Part shown: one piece after another, positions 57,959-64,000 of the stretch | How positions within the stretch are numbered: the first letter of the stretch is position 1 | How the letters are laid out: each line of letters opens with the position of its first letter | NCBI GenBank assembly: GCA_000002435.2 | Contig: CM018791.1 | Reading direction: 5' to 3' (one strand) | DNA length: 64,000 nucleotides | From: Giardia intestinalis | Taxonomy: Eukaryota | The notes under the pieces: generated by a model | The model's database searches: none | What the model saw: only the letters and a program-made list of their open reading frames with translations | Told to the model about the DNA's origin: nothing | Program-made: the position numbers and the translations under genes

Positions 57959-60900
57959 TCATGTTTTCGAGAAGCTTCGGGGGGACTTCATGCTCTTAGA
58001 GAATGAGAAAGAAAAGGTCCCACTCTTGGAGTTGTTATTAATCCTGGAATATGTAGTTTTAGGCGTCATAGTCACTGCACACTCTTCATGCCCTGCAGTG
58101 GACGCCCAGTCCTGCGCCGTTCTTCCGTTTGTATCAGTAATGTTTCCTTCAATCTTATTAAGAAGCGCGCAAATAGATTTGTGCCCATTCATTGCGGCGT
58201 ACATCATGGCGGTATATCCATCGTTGTCCTGCATGCCACCCTCGACCTTCATGAGGGCTTTCACCAGAGGCAAGTTACCCTGCTCTGCGGCCATCATCAT
58301 TGCGGTTTTATTGTCGATGTTTTTCAGGCCGGCCTCTAGTTTCACAAGGGGCTTCGCCAAAGGTATCTGGCCGCTTTCCGCTGCATACATCAAGGCCGAC
58401 GCCTGAGTATCAGGTGTTTGAATAGCGCATTCGGCTTTAGCTAACAGTTTCACCAGTGCTGGCCTATTGTTCAGAACAGCGTGCATCAACGCCGTGTGAC
58501 CATCTTTGCTCTGCATTTTGGCCTCATGTGGAAGCAGTAACTTTAAGGCCTTGCCTTGGCCATATCTAACAGCGGATATAAGGGCGGTCTCGCCGTTTTT
58601 CATCGTCATCTTATTCTCCATTAAGAGAAGTTCTTTGGTAATCTTCACGTTGCCATTTCGTGCTGCATACATGAGTGCGGTGTCACCGTTAGCGGTCTGT
58701 TGCTTTGCATACTCCTTCAGTAAATCTTTGACCAGCTTGACGTCATTGTTCTTGGCGGCCTTCATCAACGGAGTCATTGTCATGCTGACTGCATCAGCGG
58801 TCTCTAGGGCTTCGTCAGCCTTATCAATAAGTTGCGCAGCAAGCTCACACATGCTCTCACCTTGGATAGTTGGGTCCCCCTTGCTAACGTACACGTGATG
58901 TAAGTAACCCCCAGATGCCTTGATTCTTTCGCCTTCTGCAAAGAATGGCCCATTTGCATATGAATATCTCGATCGGAGAGACGTGGCAGTTGAGTCAGTA
59001 GAGTCCTCACACGTACTGGAATCCTGCACTCTTGTCGCTGCCTTGCAGAGCTCTTCATCAAGAGTAGGGCTGCAGGGCGCAGAGGGATTCAGGTTTTCTA
59101 CAATCACCTCATAAAGAAGGGTGCCATCCTGTACCTCTTGCTCAGTCGCAGTGGGAAGCCGGGGAAGGGCGTTCATGAGCTTTTCTGCTGTCTTCTTGTC
59201 CTTGCATATCACCTCAACTACAGATGGATCAGCGGCTACTTGGTCGACAAGCATGGGATCTGCGACAATCTCTTTCAGCACCGAGTCGTCTTGAGATAGA
59301 ACTGCCACTACGTCCGGATACAAGCAGGTCTTGCGGAGCAGCTCAGGATTCATTGTCAGGGCAGACACTAACTCTGGATTGCCTACCAGCGCATCAAAAA
59401 GCTTGTCTGACGACAGAAGCGCCTCTAGCAGATTCTCGTTGTCAGATAGCAGCCTCCCCAAGGAAGGATTAGACTGAACAGCCATAGACAGTCTTTTGTT
59501 CTTAGCCATAGCATTCTGAAGCGCAATAGAGTATGGAGGCTCCTCCATGATAGACGGAGAAGGCTCTGGTGAAACATTTCTGTCAATATGAGACGAGGCA
59601 ACAGGCGTGGACACTATCCGCTTAAACCTTTCCTCATCCTCACCATCTATGAGGTGACCATCATCTCCATCGTCTGTTCTACTTATGTACTCTATAAGCT
59701 CCTCAACACTCTGCCCAATATCCCCGACCTCACTGAAGTACGAATTCTGAGATATCACAGAGGTGGTGCTGGACGACAGGACCCGGAGCTCATCGGTCAG
59801 GCGTTCTATTCGCGCATCAATAGCACGCTCCCAGTTGACGTTTAGCTTTCTCAGTTCTTCATCATCGTTGATTATAGTTTGAAGCTCGCGCATAGCACGC
59901 ACAAGGTTATCAGTCTTCTTGTTGAGCCTCAAAAGCCCTGGTCGATTCTCTATGAGAGTTTGGTGGATTGCTTGAATCTTATCTGTCAACTTCCTTTGAT
60001 AGATTTCTGCTAGCTTACTTCTTGTGCTAGCAGACATCAGCAAGTGGGCGCCAGAGTCAGACTCACGATTACTTGACTTATAACCACCGGTAGGAGAAAA
60101 GTCCGGTTGTGGAATCCGGCTTCTGTGAAGACCGGACTGGCTATCCATCATGCTTCCGCGAAGATTGGCGCCCGGTGTGCCAGCCATCCGCGGAGTCGCG
60201 CCCGAGACACTGCTTCTGAGGGCGTTGCCGCTTGTGCTTCCAGCGCGGCCTGACTTCGGCGTTGGATATCGAATGTTGGATCCATTGTTTGTTGGATAAT
60301 GCTGCTTTTGCGTTTCTGCTGCGATTTCGTCAAAGGTCTTGCCACCACGACCGCCGAGAGGCTTCCACGGACTGGGTTCTTCTTGCCTACGCCCAGATCG
60401 GGATGTGGACCCTTTACCTACGCCTCGAGGCGAAAAGGCTTCTTGCTCATGACCGGCAAATCCTGTTGGAGGCCTCTTCGTGCTTCCAGCTCGTGCCGAG
60501 GACACAGTTGATCCGGAACGCTGTGGGGCGCTTTTCATCTGTGACACAGAGCTCTTACGTCTATTTGCAGAAGAGCCCTTCGCCATTTGTGCCTCAAGCT
60601 TGTCTCTGTGCTGGTTCATCAAGACTATATCATTATTAAGAGTATCGATTTGGTCTTCCAGGGCCTTCTTTTGGGCAATGTTACCTGGCGCACAATCTCT
60701 TGCCTCCATGATCCGGCGCTCGAGGATGGCAAGCTTGTTGTCTATCTCCTGGTCTAGGACCTGTTTGAGAGTATCTGGCGAGATTCCTGGGGACTGCGGA
60801 CCCTGCTGACTTACGGCCGACGGTATCTTACTAGAATAGGTTGGGGCCTTGGTTGTCGACAAGCGCAGCGACTCCCCGCTCTCCTTTATGAACTCCGACA

Positions 60901-61429
60901 AGTAAGACAGAGCCTCGGGATTATCCCGTATAGTAGCGTATATAAGTGCAGATTGACTGTCCATGTCGTAAATCATGTTTGTGTGGGTGGTGAGCGCGCG
61001 CATAGCCTCGACAGCATTTGCTTCGGCTGCAAGAGCCAGTGCGGTGCGCCCGAGGGAATCCACGTCGTAGCGCGTTTCGGGCATCAGTCTCCGAATCACG
61101 GAGGAGCAGTCATTCATAGCGGCGATCATCAAGGCCGTCTGGCCATCCTTGTTGTGGAGATGTCCCTCTAAGGCGTGCAGGTGCTTGGCTCCGTCTGCAA
61201 AGTCTATTTTCGAGGCAATCATTAGGGCAGTCTCTCCATCGTTGTTGAATATGCCTGACTCGAGAGGGGCAAGGAGTTTTACCATTTGGATATCCCGGGA
61301 TCGCACTGCCAGCATAAGCGCGGTCTCCCCCTGTGCATTTTTAGTTCCCTGAAACGTTTTCATGTTTTTAGATACGGCGTTATGACTCCGATCCTTTATG
61401 GCCTTGAACCAGTCGCTCGCGGTTTGCAT
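57959..61429 (-). CDS. Ankyrin-repeat / coiled-coil protein ('protein 21.1'-type), 1156 aa.
   Basis: N-terminal ANK repeats (GETALMLAVRSRDIQMVKLL, DGETALMIASKIDFADGAKHL, DGQTALMIAAMNDCSSVIRRL, GRTALALAAEANAVEAMRAL; ~60830-61340). A central Ser/Arg-rich region with a coiled-coil. Eight or more C-terminal ANK repeats (TALMYAARNGNVKITKELL ... GYTAMMYAAMNGHKSICALL; ~58040-58880). Confidence 0.85.
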   Translation of the reverse strand: MQTASDWFKAIKDRSHNAVSKNMKTFQGTKNAQGETALMLAVRSRDIQMVKLLAPLESGIFNNDGETALMIASKIDFADGAKHLHALEGHLHNKDGQTALMIAAMNDCSSVIRRLMPETRYDVDSLGRTALALAAEANAVEAMRALTTHTNMIYDMDSQSALIYATIRDNPEALSYLSEFIKESGESLRLSTTKAPTYSSKIPSAVSQQGPQSPGISPDTLKQVLDQEIDNKLAILERRIMEARDCAPGNIAQKKALEDQIDTLNNDIVLMNQHRDKLEAQMAKGSSANRRKSSVSQMKSAPQRSGSTVSSARAGSTKRPPTGFAGHEQEAFSPRGVGKGSTSRSGRRQEEPSPWKPLGGRGGKTFDEIAAETQKQHYPTNNGSNIRYPTPKSGRAGSTSGNALRSSVSGATPRMAGTPGANLRGSMMDSQSGLHRSRIPQPDFSPTGGYKSSNRESDSGAHLLMSASTRSKLAEIYQRKLTDKIQAIHQTLIENRPGLLRLNKKTDNLVRAMRELQTIINDDEELRKLNVNWERAIDARIERLTDELRVLSSSTTSVISQNSYFSEVGDIGQSVEELIEYISRTDDGDDGHLIDGEDEERFKRIVSTPVASSHIDRNVSPEPSPSIMEEPPYSIALQNAMAKNKRLSMAVQSNPSLGRLLSDNENLLEALLSSDKLFDALVGNPELVSALTMNPELLRKTCLYPDVVAVLSQDDSVLKEIVADPMLVDQVAADPSVVEVICKDKKTAEKLMNALPRLPTATEQEVQDGTLLYEVIVENLNPSAPCSPTLDEELCKAATRVQDSSTCEDSTDSTATSLRSRYSYANGPFFAEGERIKASGGYLHHVYVSKGDPTIQGESMCELAAQLIDKADEALETADAVSMTMTPLMKAAKNNDVKLVKDLLKEYAKQQTANGDTALMYAARNGNVKITKELLLMENKMTMKNGETALISAVRYGQGKALKLLLPHEAKMQSKDGHTALMHAVLNNRPALVKLLAKAECAIQTPDTQASALMYAAESGQIPLAKPLVKLEAGLKNIDNKTAMMMAAEQGNLPLVKALMKVEGGMQDNDGYTAMMYAAMNGHKSICALLNKIEGNITDTNGRTAQDWASTAGHEECAVTMTPKTTYSRINNNSKSGTFSFSFSKSMKSPRSFSKT

Positions 61430-61564
61430 GACTTTTTATTCAATATTTCAAATTTTCGCTTCTGAGCAAGCAAATTTGCGCGGACTCCGTGTAGCACGCC
61501 AGGATTCGACCGTGTGACATGTGCATGGAAAACCAGCCATTCTAATTGGCCTTTTATTGACCTT

Positions 61565-62887
61565 TTATTCCAATATATTGTATCCGGATGCAATCTGAAG
61601 CAGAGATTGAATCAGGTGTATTGCCACTGAGAGGGCATCAACCGCAGGGGACTCTATCGTGAGGGGTGGCTTGCCAACAGAAAGACCACTTTTCTCTAAA
61701 ATGTTTTTCAATTCTATCAAGTTTTTAATTTCCCTGAACGGGCTGCTGGCAGAGTAATCACTCATGCACAGATGAATCGCACTAATGCAGTGCATGCAAA
61801 GCTCTGTAGTTGTCTTTTCAGTAAGGGGATTTAGAGGATCATCCCCTAGCGTCTGTTTGATAAATGAGAGCAATCCTGATCTTAGTTCCTCTTGGAACGT
61901 ACAGTCTGATTGCTCGGCATAGGAAGACATGTCATTGGAATAAACTGATCTGCGACCCTCCATCTGGAATTCTGACGGCTCCGGGGTTATAGGAGTCGTA
62001 GTTACACTGGGGGTACTACAGATATTATTACAGGTATAACTGTAAGGGCAATGCAATCGCAAAATCAGCGACTCAGAAGCGGGATTACCGTACGTTAGTA
62101 TTTTCAGTTGAGGTGAAAACGTATCACGGGCATCCAATAGTTGCCTGCAACCTTTTGTTCCTATGTCGTTGTGGTTTAGATGCAGCTCACGCAACGGTCT
62201 ATTTGATCTGGAGGCAAGCTCTATGAACTTTCGGAAGTGCTCCATGTGTTCGTCGCACAAATTGCAATTACTCAACTGCAGTATTTCTAATGCAATGCAG
62301 CGATCAAAGATGGCGAGCAGAAGATCATGAATGGACTTAGAAGTAAACCTGAAAGAACCGGAGCAGGATAATTTGCTGAGCTGGAGAAACGATACGGGAG
62401 ATTGTGTAAACCAATCTATCATAAGGTAAACCTCATCCTGCAGCAAGCGATTCCCAGCCAGATTTAAACACTTCAGGTTTCTAGACTCCTTGATGCCTTC
62501 AAAGATTATTGCCAAAAGGGTCCTTGTGAGTTTGCATCCTTCAAGGTCCAGGCTATGAATAGGGGTATACAGCCGGCGGACCTTACGAGCCTTACTTCCC
62601 GCTACTGGATTTTCAGCTATCGATTCATGGGATAGCCGCTGTCTGATTGCAACGGCCATTTCCTTTGTTAGATCAACTGATTGCATGCTAATCTTCCCGT
62701 CTTCATCGCTAATAAGCAGATTCTGAGAAGATGCACGTTCCAGTGTACAGGATGTAGAACTAAGACCTGAAAACTCTGAAGAAGCAGCTTTAGGCCTCTT
62801 ATTGGACTTAGACTGAGCAGGGTAATTGGCGTAAAAGAGCGGGATAATGCTGTCTCGGATGGTATCAACTGGTTTCCATGGCTGCAT
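61565..62887 (-). CDS. RNI-like leucine-rich-repeat protein (~440 aa).
   Basis: Ribonuclease-inhibitor-type repeats (LKCLNLAGNRLLQDEV, LEILQLSNCNLCDEHMEHF, LRELHLNHNDIGTKGCRQL). The ORF-track start at 62905 is TTG. The first ATG is at 62885-62887. Confidence 0.6.
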   Translation of the reverse strand: MQPWKPVDTIRDSIIPLFYANYPAQSKSNKRPKAASSEFSGLSSTSCTLERASSQNLLISDEDGKISMQSVDLTKEMAVAIRQRLSHESIAENPVAGSKARKVRRLYTPIHSLDLEGCKLTRTLLAIIFEGIKESRNLKCLNLAGNRLLQDEVYLMIDWFTQSPVSFLQLSKLSCSGSFRFTSKSIHDLLLAIFDRCIALEILQLSNCNLCDEHMEHFRKFIELASRSNRPLRELHLNHNDIGTKGCRQLLDARDTFSPQLKILTYGNPASESLILRLHCPYSYTCNNICSTPSVTTTPITPEPSEFQMEGRRSVYSNDMSSYAEQSDCTFQEELRSGLLSFIKQTLGDDPLNPLTEKTTTELCMHCISAIHLCMSDYSASSPFREIKNLIELKNILEKSGLSVGKPPLTIESPAVDALSVAIHLIQSLLQIASGYNILE

Positions 62888-63908
62888 GGCACAAGTAAGA
62901 AGCAAAATGGCTTCTCGGCTGATCGCTTTAAAAATGACAGTAGAAGCGGAGATCTTAGAAAGGCACCCTGCGCGGGAATGGCTTCCAAAGGGACACTCCT
63001 ATGACCACAAGAAGATACTACCAAGCCTTTCAGCCGAGATTTGCGGATATCTACAGTACAAGGCACCACCGCCGGATCGACAAAGGCAGGTACAAAGGCT
63101 CTTACAGAAGCTAGAGGGAAGGATTCGGGCTTCTGAGATATTTAGGGGCTATATTTCTACGTCTGGGCCGTTGCTGCGCGTCGTAGGCAGCTATGCCAAC
63201 GGAACAGCATCATGCACGTCCCCCATCGATGTTTGTGTGCTGATCATTACACCAAACTCTATGGAAACGGTTGCCGATCCCAAGCTTTGGTTTGCATTTT
63301 CTAAGATACTCTTAAACACAGGGTATACCCTTGTCTCAACACAGTTTTATCAGTCTATTGTCAGAACTGTTGTGGTGCATACTGAACTGCCCGTGGCACT
63401 TCACTTTTATTATCATGGGAAGGAGCTCATGAACAATACAGAGCGTGCCATCCAACTGTTCAAGGAAAGCCCATCTCTTCAGCAACTGCATTGTCTCATA
63501 AAGGCCATTTGTAGACACAAGTGCATACATGGGTTCACTCATGGAAACATTTCTTCTCACTATATTTTTCTTTTGATTCAAGCCTTCGCACTAACCCTCC
63601 TCCCCAAGCAACTCACGGAGACTGTCGGCAGCTTGCTTATCCTCTTCACCAATTTTATCTCTAACTACGATGAATCTATCTATTATGCAGACGTGCACAG
63701 CGGCAACATCTTGTGTGAACAAAAGATACACCGAACAGAGCCGTACTTTGAGGTACGTTCTGCTTCTTTTTATGACATGCACGATGTTCCATACAAATAT
63801 TGTGTGTTTAAGGATACAATGATGGAGATATCCCGGCTCCTGCGGCATTACGAGTCGCCAGGTGTGGCAGCACCAATCAGCATAGTATTTGAGCTTTGTG
63901 GATTCTAG
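62886..63908 (+). CDS. Non-canonical nucleotidyltransferase (Cid1/GLD-2/TUTase-like poly(A) or poly(U) polymerase).
   Basis: Pol-beta-type NTase motif GSYANGTASCTSPIDVCV (~63153-63207), i.e. [GS]x9-13Dh[DE]h, followed by a helical PAP/25A-associated-like region. The start is uncertain (ATGs at 62847, 62859, 62886, 62907). The 62886 ATG shares the CATG with the divergent gene's start. Confidence 0.55.
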   Translation: MAQVRSKMASRLIALKMTVEAEILERHPAREWLPKGHSYDHKKILPSLSAEICGYLQYKAPPPDRQRQVQRLLQKLEGRIRASEIFRGYISTSGPLLRVVGSYANGTASCTSPIDVCVLIITPNSMETVADPKLWFAFSKILLNTGYTLVSTQFYQSIVRTVVVHTELPVALHFYYHGKELMNNTERAIQLFKESPSLQQLHCLIKAICRHKCIHGFTHGNISSHYIFLLIQAFALTLLPKQLTETVGSLLILFTNFISNYDESIYYADVHSGNILCEQKIHRTEPYFEVRSASFYDMHDVPYKYCVFKDTMMEISRLLRHYESPGVAAPISIVFELCGF

Positions 63909-64000
63909 CTGCAGAAGTATATCCCAGCATCATAGACAGCTACCACCATTGTTTTGTCTAATAGACAAGCGAACAGTGGGCGTCCCTCTGGACACTCCAC

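Noticed and set aside
1-64000. Prokaryotic-style features: operons, Shine-Dalgarno-led genes, CRISPR arrays, IS elements or defence-system cassettes.
   Set aside because: The ankyrin, USP, SNF2/bromodomain, p24, CPSF100 and Myb content, the A/T-rich initiators and the AGTRAAY motifs indicate a eukaryotic (diplomonad-like) locus. No direct-repeat/spacer arrays or inverted-repeat-flanked transposase ORFs were seen.

Overview
The window looks like a gene-dense, intron-poor protist chromosomal segment at about 48% GC. It most resembles a diplomonad such as Giardia. The basis is an AdhE-type Fe-alcohol dehydrogenase at the 5' edge, an ankyrin plus coiled-coil protein of the 'protein 21.1' type, long intron-free ORFs on both strands, very short intergenic spacers with A/T-rich stretches just before ATGs, and AGTRAAY-like poly(A) motifs. 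The organism assignment is an inference from these family resemblances, not a database hit.

About 27 protein-coding genes are supported. Recognisable products are:
- AdhE C-terminal domain (partial at the 5' edge)
- a CPSF100-like inactive metallo-beta-lactamase protein
- a secreted plant-type LRR protein
- a 2079-aa SNF2/Brahma-type ATPase with a C-terminal bromodomain
- a Yop1/HVA22 reticulon-like protein
- a divergent CTP synthase with a large insertion
- a p24/emp24 GOLD-domain cargo receptor
- a USP-type deubiquitinase
- a SHAQKYF-class Myb protein
- an ankyrin/coiled-coil protein
- an RNI-like LRR protein
- a Cid1/GLD2-type nucleotidyltransferase

The rest are large lineage-specific hypothetical proteins. 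I could not support any rRNA, tRNA, CRISPR array, transposon or prokaryotic operon from the sequence.

The ORF track uses GTG/TTG as starts, so several gene starts were moved to the first in-frame ATG.

The standout anomaly is a roughly 0.9 kb block at 28956-29836 with about 80% GC and GC3 above 90% with clear codon periodicity. It forms the in-frame 5' third of an 828-aa ORF whose remainder has normal composition and encodes a single-pass membrane protein with a Thr/Ser/Asn-rich ectodomain. This looks like a foreign-origin (viral or high-GC donor) or chimeric segment.

Other points worth follow-up are a CTP synthase with a degenerate ATP-binding loop plus a roughly 330-aa Cys-containing insertion, a protein built from about 24 copies of a 10-residue DxxGxExYAx repeat, and a large protein carrying an FH1-like polyproline tract without an FH2 domain. 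Genes are also packed tightly enough that divergent pairs share CATG start codons and a convergent pair shares TTAA stop codons.
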